From Acidobacteriota bacterium (GTDB lineage Bacteria; Acidobacteriota; UBA890; WLXD01): a stretch of 64,000 nucleotides of DNA. Below are positions 1-9,750 of this stretch, one piece after another. The first letter of the stretch is position 1, and each line of letters opens with the position of its first letter. Location: contig CAXWPL010000002.1 of the NCBI GenBank assembly GCA_963666215.2, forward strand, positions 384,001 through 448,000, read 5' to 3'. The position numbers were made by a program, and so were the translations under genes. Under the pieces are notes generated by a model. The model saw only the letters and a program-made list of their open reading frames with translations. It searched no databases and was not told the origin of the DNA.

Positions 1-1026
1 AGGTTCGAGGTGGGCGAGGACACGCTTCTGTTCCTGGCACCCGGCACGGCCGGGACTCCGGGCGCCTGGCAGGTGAATCACTTCGCGCTCGGCGCCTTCC
101 GTGTGCATGAGCTCGGTGGTGTCTCGATGGCGCTGCGTTCCCTCGGCGAGATCGACGAGGTCGATAAGCCGGGCGGCGGTGAGCGCGTTGTCAGCGTGCA
201 GCGCGCCCACCACCCTCGTGATCTGGACCGTTTCATGACCTGGGTCAAGGCGCGGAACGCCGGTGTGGACCTGCCGCAGGACTACTTCCTGGATCCGGCC
301 GACGGAACGATGCGCAACGCCCACGACGGGTACGCTTTGCTTCTTGCCCCGTCGGGCACCCGTATCCGGTGGCCGAACTTCGACTTTGCCGCGGGAGCAC
401 GGGTGGTGCGCTGGTTCATCGCGCGCACCCAAGCTGGCTTCCCTGGCGGTGGCCGCATCGACTTCAACCAGTCGATCAAGAAATGGGACAAGCTGAAGAA
501 GGGCGCCATCATCGAGTATCGCGCTCCAGCGAAGCGGCGTAACGCCTTCACCTCGGGCTTCACTGCCTTCGATGGCAACAATACGATTCTGATGAACGAC
601 CCGAACGGCGAGATTGCCAATCTGGTTGGCTGCACGGGCACGCTGGCGATTGGCGGGCCGTGGTTCATCGACGCTATCGAGCCGGAGGCCGCGAGCGGTG
701 AGTTCCAAGCCGCGTCTGTCGGCAACTCACATCGCAAGCGGGGCAAGATCTTCCGCAACACCGTTAGTGCCGACATCATCAGCAACAATGGCCTCAAATG
801 TTTCTACAACGCCAGTCCCAACAAGCGTAAGCATGCTCGGCAGCTCTACATGCACGAGCTCGGCCACACGTTGGGCCTGGGGCATTCGCTGGTCACGGTC
901 GCCCTGATGTTCCCCAGCATCAGCCCGATCCCGAAAGACGTCATCAAGCCAGACGACTCGAAGGGCATCCGAATCAACGGCGGGATGCGCTACACGGAGG
1001 CCGGCGTGGCCTACAAAGCCCTGTAG
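1..1026 (+). CDS. Secreted matrixin-like (metzincin) zinc metalloprotease, paralog 1; 5'-truncated by the window edge
   Basis: HELGHTLGLGH zinc motif and Met-turn (ALMFP). Frame is open from base 1. Collinear with the two downstream paralogs. Confidence 0.85.
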   Translation, partial: RFEVGEDTLLFLAPGTAGTPGAWQVNHFALGAFRVHELGGVSMALRSLGEIDEVDKPGGGERVVSVQRAHHPRDLDRFMTWVKARNAGVDLPQDYFLDPADGTMRNAHDGYALLLAPSGTRIRWPNFDFAAGARVVRWFIARTQAGFPGGGRIDFNQSIKKWDKLKKGAIIEYRAPAKRRNAFTSGFTAFDGNNTILMNDPNGEIANLVGCTGTLAIGGPWFIDAIEPEAASGEFQAASVGNSHRKRGKIFRNTVSADIISNNGLKCFYNASPNKRKHARQLYMHELGHTLGLGHSLVTVALMFPSISPIPKDVIKPDDSKGIRINGGMRYTEAGVAYKAL

Positions 1027-1050
1027 CCGCTAGCCTGCATCCGAGACGTA

Positions 1051-1092
1051 GCACCACGGCCCCGGGCTGCACGCGGCTCGGGGCCGTGGTGC
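1051..1092. terminator. Long GC-rich hairpin downstream of protease 1 (possible terminator or mRNA stabiliser)
   Basis: GCACCACGGCCCC (1051-1063) is the exact reverse complement of GGGGCCGTGGTGC (1080-1092). The inner segment also pairs. No U-tract. Confidence 0.4.
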
Positions 1093-1418
1093 GTCAAGGC
1101 CGGCCTCGCGCGCCGCGCGCATCTCAACCCGGGTCGTGACGCGGGCAAGTTGAACCGCTCTGCAGGCGGGCGCTGCGCTCGCGGTGCGCACTGCCCCGCG
1201 GTGCGCACTGCGCCACAGGCGCCGCTCGGTGCGGCTCGGGGCCTCTCGAGGCCCCCGAAGCCTCTTCTCGTTGGCGATTGTCGTGGGCGGTCCACCGATG
1301 TCCGTGCGTGGCTTAGCAAATCCATCCACAGCAGATCAGAAGTGACTTTAAACAAGCAATACTGTTCCATAGTGGCCCACGAACGCCGTCAATACCTGTT
1401 GCGGATCTGGGGGGCATC

Positions 1419-2771
1419 ATGGATCGAAGACGAACATCACGCGCCGCCACTTCTCTGCGAGCGCTGGCGACAATCGCCGGCCTGTCTCTGATCGTGGGAA
1501 ACCTGGCAGTGGGCGCGACGACGTACGTGATGGTGTCGGACGAGGATCTGGTCGACAGCTCTTCGGTTGTTGTGCGCGCCCGCGTGCTCGACAAACAACC
1601 GGCGCCCGACGGGAGTCCCTACACCGACTATCGGATGCAGGTGGATCGCGTGGCGAAGGGCAGGATCGCTTCCAGCGCACGTATCGTGATCAGCGTTCTC
1701 GGTGGCGGGACTGCTGGACGACCGCAGTTGGCCCTGTGGGGTGTGCCGGAGTTCGACGTTGGCGAGGAGACGTTGCTGTTCCTCTCGGGGAGGTCGGGCA
1801 GCTCTTCGGGGTCTCGAGGCGCATGGCAGGTGAATCACCTGGCCCTGGGCGCGTTCCAGGTGCACGACATCGGTGGCTCGAAGGTCGCGCTCCGCGCTCT
1901 CGCCGAGATCGACGAGATCGAGAACTCCGATGCGCGAGAGCGGCCGATGAGTGTGCAGCGGGCTCACCACCCACGGGACGCCGATCTCTTCATGGGCTGG
2001 ATCAGGGCTCGCGAGGCTGGCGTGGACTTGCCGCAGACGTATTTTCTCGAGCCTTCGGACGGTCTGCTGCGGAACATCCACGACGGGTTCACGACTTCGC
2101 GTAGCGCGTCTAACTATCGCCTCCGCTGGCCAGACTTCGATCTTCAGCGAACCGTGCCGTGGAACGTTGCGGGCTATCAGGCCGGGTTGCCTGCCGGCGG
2201 GCGGTCCGACTTCAACCAGGCGCTTCGCAAGTGGGATCAGCTCGCCAAGGCGATCATCGACTACCGCGGCCCTGCCGTACGAAACAACGCGTTGGCGAGC
2301 GGATTCACCCGCTCGGACGGCAGGAACACGCTCCTGTTCAACGATCCGAACGGCAGGATCCCTGACCTGGTGAACTGCACAGGAGCTGTGGCCGTCGGCG
2401 GTCCGTGGTACGCGGATACGTCCGCGTCGGGGTGGTCCCATACCAAGCGCCGGATGATGTTCCGCAGTATCGTCGAGGCCGACATCATCAGCAACAACGG
2501 GCTGGGTTGCTGGCTCAAGAACAGCCCGAACACGCGGAAGCACGCCCGCCAGGTCTACATGCACGAGCTTGGCCACACCCTGGGCTTGGGTCATTCGTGT
2601 GGCGATTCCAAAAGTGGCTCGTGCAACACGAAGGCAAAGGACAACGCGTTGATGCGCGCCTACCTCTCCAAAGTGCCTGCCGACGTGATCCGACCCGACG
2701 ATTCGAGAGGTGCGCGACTCAACGGTGGGCTGCGCTACAACCGGCGCGGTGTGGGCTTCGTGAGCTTGTAG
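1419..2771 (+). CDS. Secreted matrixin-like zinc metalloprotease, paralog 2 (intact)
   Basis: Signal peptide ending AVGA|TTY, N-terminal pro-like domain, HELGHTLGLGH, ALMRA Met-turn. Confidence 0.85.
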   Translation: MDRRRTSRAATSLRALATIAGLSLIVGNLAVGATTYVMVSDEDLVDSSSVVVRARVLDKQPAPDGSPYTDYRMQVDRVAKGRIASSARIVISVLGGGTAGRPQLALWGVPEFDVGEETLLFLSGRSGSSSGSRGAWQVNHLALGAFQVHDIGGSKVALRALAEIDEIENSDARERPMSVQRAHHPRDADLFMGWIRAREAGVDLPQTYFLEPSDGLLRNIHDGFTTSRSASNYRLRWPDFDLQRTVPWNVAGYQAGLPAGGRSDFNQALRKWDQLAKAIIDYRGPAVRNNALASGFTRSDGRNTLLFNDPNGRIPDLVNCTGAVAVGGPWYADTSASGWSHTKRRMMFRSIVEADIISNNGLGCWLKNSPNTRKHARQVYMHELGHTLGLGHSCGDSKSGSCNTKAKDNALMRAYLSKVPADVIRPDDSRGARLNGGLRYNRRGVGFVSL

Positions 2772-2962
2772 GTGGCGACGTAGGTCCGCGGGTGTCCGTC
2801 GTTGTCAAGCAGCTTCGCCAGGGGTACGTCGCTTGGCTTCGAGCCGGTGCCACGATCGCCGCTCGTGCGAGACGTTGCCTGGTTGCCGTCGGGCTCCCCG
2901 AGGACCTGAGCGGGTGACGGACTCGATCCATCTCCGGGTGCCGAAGGTGGCCGTGGTCTGCA

Positions 2963-4298
2963 ATGAGTCAGCGATCCTCTCTTGTTGTCCTGGGCGTTTT
3001 GACCGCTTGTATCGTGCTCGCCGTCCTGACGGGGGGAATGCCGGCGGCGGCCACGACGTACGTCATGATGTCGGACGAAGACCTGGCGGACAGCTCGCCG
3101 GTTGTGGTCCGTGCGCGCGTCCTGGACAAGCAGCCGGCGCCAGATGGGCGTCCGTACACCGACTACCGCCTGCAGGTTGAGCGCGTTGCCAAGGGTCGGA
3201 TCGCCGTCGACACGCAGATCGTAGTCAGCGTCCTCGGCGCGGGGGTGCCGGGTCGGCCGCAGCTCTCGTTGTGGGGCGTGCCGGAGTTCGAGCCAGGCGA
3301 GGAGACGTTGCTGTTTCTCGACGGCTCCTCGGCTGGTACGCCAGGCTCATGGCAGGTGAACCACCTGGCCCTCGGGGCGTTCCGTGTTCTCGACATCGGT
3401 GGAGTGCAACTCGCCCTACGCGCCCTGGGAGAGATCAACGAGGTGGAACATCCCGATGCGGGCGACAGGCCCATGAGCGTTCGGCGCGCCCACCATCCGC
3501 GCGATCTCGATCGGGTCATGGGTTGGATCAAGGCGCGAGATGCAGGCGTTGATCTGCCACAGGACTACTTTCTCGAACCGGCGGAAGGTCTCGCGCGAAA
3601 CGCCCACGACGGGTACACCACCTTGAGCACGGCCTCCAGCTATCGCGTCCGGTGGCCGGACTTCGATCGCGGCAGCATTCTCGTTTGGTTTATCGCTCGC
3701 AACCAACCTGGCCTGCCGGACGGCGGACACAGAGCCTTCAACCAGGCACTGAACAGGTGGGACGATCTTGCCAATGCGATCATCGACGTGTGGACGCCGG
3801 CCCCAAGGAACGACTCGCTGGTGTCGGGTTTCTCGGCCAGCGACGGAAACAACACGCTCCTGATGAACGATCCCAACCACAGGATCCCCGATCTGGTGAA
3901 CTGTACTGGAGCGCTGGCCGTCGGCGGCCCCCTGGCACGTTGACTCGGAGGCGGCAGGGTGGTCGCACATCAAGCGCGGCATGATGTTCCGCAATATCGT
4001 AGAGGCCGACATCGTCAGCAACAACGGAATCGCCTGCTGGTTCAGGCAGAGTTCGAAGAAGTGGATGCATGCGCGGCAGCTCTACATGCACGAGCTCGGC
4101 CACACGTTGGGGCTCGGGCACTCGTGTGGTGATTCGGCTAGCGGGCCGTGTGACACGAGGTCGGAGAGCAACGCGCTGATGCGGGCGTCGACCTCGAAGA
4201 CTCCCTCCGACGTGATCCGAGCGGACGACTCGAGAGGGGTGCGATTCAACGACGGGCTGCGCTATACCCGTCGCGGCGTCGGATTCATCGATCGCTAG
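2963..4298 (+). pseudogene. Matrixin-like metalloprotease, paralog 3, with a +1 frameshift (real or sequencing error)
   Basis: ORFs 2963-3943 and 3981-4298 together match paralog 2. Removing one C from the C5 run at 3928-3932 restores GGPWHVDSEAAGWSHIKRGMMF. Confidence 0.8.
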
Positions 4299-5119
4299 AT
4301 CGTGACGCCGAACCGGCCCTTGAGCGCGAAGGCGATGACGATCGTCAGAATGAAGAAGACGATCAGCCAGTGCGTCTCGAAGCCGAACAGGCCGACCTCT
4401 CGGTCGGGGTAGTCGACGCTGATCGAGGTCACCGACGAGTCGGCGGGTAGTGACGGCTCGGCCGGATAGAGCAGCTGATCGACGAACCGCGGTGCCAGCC
4501 GATCGGGCGAACGTCGAACGACGTTGTTGCCGACATCGATGGTCTTGGTCACCGTCTCACCGCCGATGCGTATCGGGAGCTCGTAGCTGCCCGGCTGGCT
4601 GGCCACGATACGGAAGGCGAGCTCACGTACGGCGGGAAACCAGGAGATGCTGCTGTCGGCGCCGAGCCCCTCCGGGAAGTCGACCTCCACGTCGGGACGC
4701 GTGCTGCCGGCCGACTCCGCCACGGTGATCTTCATCAGCACCGGCTCGCCAACCTTCAATCCCTCGTAGCCGTAGTGGAACTGCAGCTGCGCAATCACCA
4801 GCACAAACGGCAGCATCATCCAGAACATCGGGATGAGGTTGAGACGCATGTAGTTGAGGTTGTGCCTCAGGATGTCCCACTGGGCCCGGAAGATGGCGCG
4901 GATGTCATCGTTGAACAGGCGGATCTCGAACAACCCCGCGGCGATCTTGGCCTTTACGGCGGTGACCGCGTCCTGATTCGACGTTGCCTTGTAGCCCAGC
5001 AGCATGCCGATCGAGGCGATCACCGACACCACGCCGAGGCCGACCATTGGATGCAGCCCCCGGAAAGGCAGCAGTAGCAGGTCAAAGAGCGTGCGTAGGA
5101 GGCTGTTCAAGAGAGACAT
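4295..5119 (-). CDS. Membrane protein, DUF106/EMC3/TMCO1-like topology with an inserted soluble domain
   Basis: TM1, charged helical segment (SNQDAVTAVKAKI...), TM2 (LIPMFWMMLPFVLV), ~130-aa beta-rich loop, C-terminal TM (WLIVFFILTIVIAFALK). Family call is by pattern only. Confidence 0.55.
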   Translation of the reverse strand: MSLLNSLLRTLFDLLLLPFRGLHPMVGLGVVSVIASIGMLLGYKATSNQDAVTAVKAKIAAGLFEIRLFNDDIRAIFRAQWDILRHNLNYMRLNLIPMFWMMLPFVLVIAQLQFHYGYEGLKVGEPVLMKITVAESAGSTRPDVEVDFPEGLGADSSISWFPAVRELAFRIVASQPGSYELPIRIGGETVTKTIDVGNNVVRRSPDRLAPRFVDQLLYPAEPSLPADSSVTSISVDYPDREVGLFGFETHWLIVFFILTIVIAFALKGRFGVTI

Positions 5120-5155
5120 TCGTTCAGATACCGTGGATACCGTTCGGATGGGTGA

Positions 5156-5419
5156 GATCTCCCTTATTACTTGAGATCGAAGCGACGGGCGGCTCTGAGG
5201 AGCTAGGAAATGTAGCCCAGGCCCTGAAGCTTCTTGCGGATGTCGTCCTCTGAGTCGGCCTCCTCGAGAACCGCGAGCTCCTTTTCGAGCGCGTGCGTGA
5301 TGAACTCTTCGACCGACGAGTAGCCGGCGATGTTGGCGTACTTCTTCACCTTCGCGATGAGGTCCTTGTCGAGCTTGACCCTGCCGCCTCCGAACATGAT
5401 GTGATCTCCCTTATTACTT
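5156..5419. repeat. 17-bp exact direct repeat GATCTCCCTTATTACTT flanking the small RHH-like gene
   Basis: Copies at 5156-5172 and 5403-5419. Confidence 0.9.
5203..5397 (-). CDS. Small CopG/ribbon-helix-helix-like protein with C-terminal LQGLGYIS tail
   Basis: RVKLDKDLIAKVKKYA...GYSSVEEFITHALEKEL fits the RHH pattern. GGGAG RBS upstream of the ATG. Confidence 0.75.
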   Translation of the reverse strand: MFGGGRVKLDKDLIAKVKKYANIAGYSSVEEFITHALEKELAVLEEADSEDDIRKKLQGLGYIS

Positions 5420-5432
5420 TCGCGCTAGTCAA

Positions 5433-7512
5433 CTATTCTGCGGGTTCGGGCTCGAGCGTGACCGGCGTGCTGCCGTCGGGGAACCCCTCGATACCAAACT
5501 CGGCGAGGAGGGTCGCGGCCAGATTCTGCAACGACGTCGCCTGACGGCCGAGCCGCTTGTTGGTGAACAGAACGCCCGGCACCGTCTCGTTCCTGATCCA
5601 TGATGTGGTCGCCTGACCAGTCGTCGAGGTTGTCGCCGATCCACTCCACAGGCATGCCGCCGAGCGCCGACGACCCCGAGCATGCCGCCGAGCGCCGACG
5701 ACCCCCGCGTGTGCCTTTCGCGAAGCCGACGATAATGTCGGGTCCGATCTCGAGGTGGCCACGGTCCTTGAAGTCGCGCTCCCGCACGTAGACGCGGGTG
5801 ACGGCCGGTTGGCCGGTCACGGGGTCGATTGCCGCAAGCAGGTCTCGCTCGAGCTGCTCGATCAACTCCTGGCGGTCGCCGGGCGCTACCACGCCTCGCG
5901 GCTCGCGGCCTCGTAGGTTCAGGTACAGCCCGCTGATGCCGAGCCCATAGGCCTGCGTGCGCCGCCAGTTGACGCCGGTCCAGAAGTCGGCCACCGGCAG
6001 CTTCGTACGGCGCTCGAGCTCCATGTATCCGCTGTCGACGAGCCAGGTGTTCAGATGGAACGAGCGTCGCCAGCTCGTGAAGCCGTGATCCGACATGACG
6101 ACGAGAGTGATGTCGTCGCCGGTTTCGTCGATGTAGTCGAGTGTACGGCCGACCATCTCGTCGAGGCGCTCGTACGCCTGGGGAATGGTGTCGGCGTAGG
6201 GCTCGTGCAGCTCGGGAACGTGCGCCGGATGGCCGGGGTCGAGCGTGACGCCCCAGAGGACGTGCGAGAGCTGGTCGAGGTTGCCGACGTAGTAGAAGAG
6301 GAACTCGCCCGTCCAGTTGTCGAGCATCCAGTCGTACTGCAGCCGATTCTCGCGGCCGATGATGCTCGCCTGGTGGACGAACTCGCCCGTGTCGAACAAA
6401 TCCCACTGGATCGCCTTGGTGTCCTCGGGCATCTCCTGGGTGTAGAAGCGCCCCGTGGCCTCGGCCATCTCCGCCGCGAAGCCCTCGGGGCTCGAGATCG
6501 GCATCGCGGGCGCCATCGGATCCATCTGGATCGGGCTCACGTAGAGCTCGAACTCGGGCTCCACCGACTTGAGGTAGAAGCGCACGATGCCGCTGATTGA
6601 TTGCAGGTAGGGGATGAGCTCGAACTCGACCTCGACCCAGTCGCTCCACTCGCCGGCCTCGAGCAGCAGCTCCTCATCGCCAACCACGAGCTTGGTGCCG
6701 CCGACGTCCGCGTCGATGTAGGCCGTGAATTCGCTCACGAGCTCTTCGGGCTCGATCAGCAGCGGGTGCGGTGGGCCGTACAGGGCACCCTCGAAGACAC
6801 CGTCGACGACGTCGGCCGGGTAGATCTTGCCGCCCGAGATGTTGCGGTTGAACTGGGTACGATCGGTGGTGAAGAAGTGGAACTCACCAGAGGTGCCGCG
6901 GAGGTCGGGCGTGCCCATACCGGAAAGCTCGTAGGTGCCGACTCCGACCGGCGGGAAGTTGGCCGGCATACGAATCATCGTGCTCTCGAAGCCGTTTTCT
7001 TCGAGCTGCTGCCAGAACGTGTCGCCGTATCGGGCGAGCTCGATGCCGCCGCCCGACAGGGGCAGCCGCCACTTGCCGATGTCGATCGTGCGGCCGACCG
7101 GGATCTCCTTGCTCGTGGCTTGATACGGCGTTCCGAACGGGAAGGGTGAGTCTTCGACCTCTCGGTGCAAGAAATCGAATATGCCGTGGCCGCCGCTATC
7201 GAGGCCGGTGATGAAGTTCGACCAGGCAACTGGACTCTGCGGCGAGTACGCGGTTTCGAGCGGCGAGAAGCCGCCTTGCTGGGCGACACGCGCCAGGTTC
7301 GGGAGGCGGCCCTGCTCGATGAGCTCGGTTGTGAACTCGTGGTCCATGCCGTCGAAGCCGAGGACGATCATGCGCTGACGTGGCGATTGGGCGCCCGCCG
7401 ACGCTGCTACCAGCGAGCTGGCGACAACCGCGACCGCAGGTGCCGTAAGTGCCGTAAGTGCCAGCAGGCCGATGGAACCGAGCAGAGTCCGAGTACGCGT
7501 TCGGAGGGTCAT
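5433..7512 (-). CDS. Alkaline phosphatase superfamily (type I phosphodiesterase/NPP-like) enzyme with signal peptide; C-terminal frameshift
   Basis: GFDG, QSPVAW, DQLSH, SDHGF and WSGDH motifs. The homologous ending ETVPGVLFTN...(stop 5433) lies in another frame after ~5595. Confidence 0.8.
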
Positions 7513-9746
7513 GGCGCGTTGTCTCCGGCATTCGAAAGCGTCAAGGCCTTCCCGTCCATATGAGGTGGCGGCTGCAGGCCGAACTGCTCGAGCGCGGTGG
7601 GGGCGATGTCGATGAGCGACGGCTCGTCTTCTTGCATATCACGGTTGCAGAAGATCACGCCCGGCACCAGCCGTGGATCGACGCAATGGTCACCGCTCCA
7701 CGCCTTGACGTTGTCCTCGAACAGCGGTGCCGAAACAACGCCGGTGGCGCAGTCCCACGAGGTTCGGTAGCCGCGGTTGTAACCGATGATGAACTCGGGG
7801 GCGTTCTCGAGATAGGGGCCCTGGTACAGCTTGGCGGTATCGAACGCTTCGATGATCGCCACCTCGCCGGTTTCAAGGTCGATGAGGCCCTCGAGCTTGG
7901 CGGCGATCTCTTCCTTGAGCGCCGCGACCTCGGTCTTGTGGACGATACCCTGACCCTCGCGGTCCTTGATGTTGAAGAACATGCCCGACAGGCCGAGGCA
8001 ATAGGCCTTGGTCTGTGACCAGTCAACATCGAGCAACCACTCGGCTTTTCCTGCCTCGGCGCCCGACTCGGTCGCGGTCGGCTTCAGCGTGAGGTAGCCG
8101 TTGTCGAGTAGCCATCGATTGAGGTTCACACCGCGGCGGAAGGAGGCGAAGCCGTGGTCCGAGAGCACCATCAGTAGGTCGCCGTCGCGCAGCTTGTCGA
8201 TGACCTCGCCGACCAGCTCGTCGTTGCGGATGTAGAGCTCTTCGATCGTGTCGTGGCAATCGCTTCTGTCGCCATTGCCGTTGGTTGCAGCGCCATTCCG
8301 GCTGTTCCCACCGGCCGCCAGCGCAGCCGGATGATCGTTCTCCAGATACCGCCAGAACATGTGCTGGATGCGGTCGGTGGCGTCGAACACGCACACCAGG
8401 CAGCCCTTGTGCAGGCGGTCCCAGGCCGCCCAGAACATCTCCTTGCGCTCGTCGTCGATGTCGAACGTCAGCTGCTTGAAGTGGCGGTCCTCAATGACCT
8501 TCTCGTTGAGCGCCCAGGTGTCTTCGGCGAGGCCGAGCGTCGAGTACTTACCCTGTAGCTTCGACAGATAGATCGCGTAGTAGTCGGGATGCGAGATGGG
8601 CATCGCCGGCTTTTCCGGATCCAGAGCGATGGGTGTCATGTAGAGCGAGAAATGAGGTTCGAGCTCGGTGATCATGATCCGGACAATACCCCTGACCTTG
8701 ACGCCCGGGACGGCGGGGAATGCCAGCTCGGTCCAGTCAGACAGCTCGTTGACCTTCAGCGATAGGTCCTTGTCGCCGACCTTGAGCTCGACGGTCCCAG
8801 TGGTCACATCGAAGGAGCCCGAGAGCGGCAGCTCGAGGGGCGGCGTTCCCACCCGCATGGAGTTCTCGGGGCCGGTGAGCGTGCCCTCGAACGCGTTGCC
8901 GTTGACTGTCACCGGCATGCGCATGCCGCCCTCCTTGAACTTGCCCTCTTCGGGCTTGTTCGTGAAGAGCAAGAACGTGCCCTGTGTCCCGAGTAGGTCC
9001 GGCACACACATCGCTGAAAGCTGGGCTCCATAGAACCGGTCGGGAGGGAAGGTAATCGGCACCCGCAGCACAGTGCTCCAGATGTTGTGCTCGCCGAGTA
9101 TCGTCCAGAAGGGCTTCGATTTGCGCAGTAGCCGCAGCTCAGGCTTGTCTCGCGGAATCTGGAACGGCCCGAGCTTGAGGTACCTGTCGACCGAGCCGAT
9201 CTTGGTGGACGACAGCACGGGCAGGTAGGTCCGTCGGTCGCGGTCGAGAAAGTCGTAGATGTTGTGGCGCGCCGGGTGGCTGCCGGTGGAGAACGACGAC
9301 CAGGCCACCGGAGAGATCGACGGGAACGTGGTCTTGAGCGGCTTGTAGGAGCCCATCTCGCCGAGCCGCTTGAAGTTGGGCAGCTTGCCCTCGGCCATGA
9401 AACGGTCGGTGAGCTGCGGGTCTTGCCCGTCGAAGCCCACGACGATCATCCGCTTGATCTTCGGGGTCGCCCTCGTTCGCCTCGTGAGCGCCCGCCACAG
9501 CATGCGGAACGGCCAGATCAACAGCGACAGGAACGCCACCAGCATCGTTGTGAACAGCACCATGAAGCTGGTCACGAAGGCGAAACCCGCTCCCGGGCCA
9601 ACGTAGGCCTCGGCTACCGTTGGCGTTAGCGTAGCGGCCGCCATTAGCGCGAGCGTTACGGCGATCGCAACGCGGCGAGCGCTTGCGCTGCCGTCTTCGA
9701 TTCGGATTCGACTAGATCGCCCTGTCACAGCGTTCGCACCGGCCAT
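7509..9746 (-). CDS. Alkaline phosphatase superfamily (NPP-like) enzyme with N-terminal AYVGPGAG membrane module
   Basis: Start placed at ATG 9746, just after the upstream stop. Signal-like segment ending AEA|YVGPGAG plus a TM helix. GFDG, ISPVAW, DRIQHMFW, SDHGF, WSGDH. Confidence 0.85.
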   Translation of the reverse strand: MAGANAVTGRSSRIRIEDGSASARRVAIAVTLALMAAATLTPTVAEAYVGPGAGFAFVTSFMVLFTTMLVAFLSLLIWPFRMLWRALTRRTRATPKIKRMIVVGFDGQDPQLTDRFMAEGKLPNFKRLGEMGSYKPLKTTFPSISPVAWSSFSTGSHPARHNIYDFLDRDRRTYLPVLSSTKIGSVDRYLKLGPFQIPRDKPELRLLRKSKPFWTILGEHNIWSTVLRVPITFPPDRFYGAQLSAMCVPDLLGTQGTFLLFTNKPEEGKFKEGGMRMPVTVNGNAFEGTLTGPENSMRVGTPPLELPLSGSFDVTTGTVELKVGDKDLSLKVNELSDWTELAFPAVPGVKVRGIVRIMITELEPHFSLYMTPIALDPEKPAMPISHPDYYAIYLSKLQGKYSTLGLAEDTWALNEKVIEDRHFKQLTFDIDDERKEMFWAAWDRLHKGCLVCVFDATDRIQHMFWRYLENDHPAALAAGGNSRNGAATNGNGDRSDCHDTIEELYIRNDELVGEVIDKLRDGDLLMVLSDHGFASFRRGVNLNRWLLDNGYLTLKPTATESGAEAGKAEWLLDVDWSQTKAYCLGLSGMFFNIKDREGQGIVHKTEVAALKEEIAAKLEGLIDLETGEVAIIEAFDTAKLYQGPYLENAPEFIIGYNRGYRTSWDCATGVVSAPLFEDNVKAWSGDHCVDPRLVPGVIFCNRDMQEDEPSLIDIAPTALEQFGLQPPPHMDGKALTLSNAGDNAP

Positions 9747-9750
9747 CCGT

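Noticed and set aside
3928-3932. C5 run frameshift as a phase-variation switch in protease 3
   Set aside because: The tract is too short for typical slipped-strand phase variation. Other indels in the window (about 5595, 32715, 33268) point to consensus errors.
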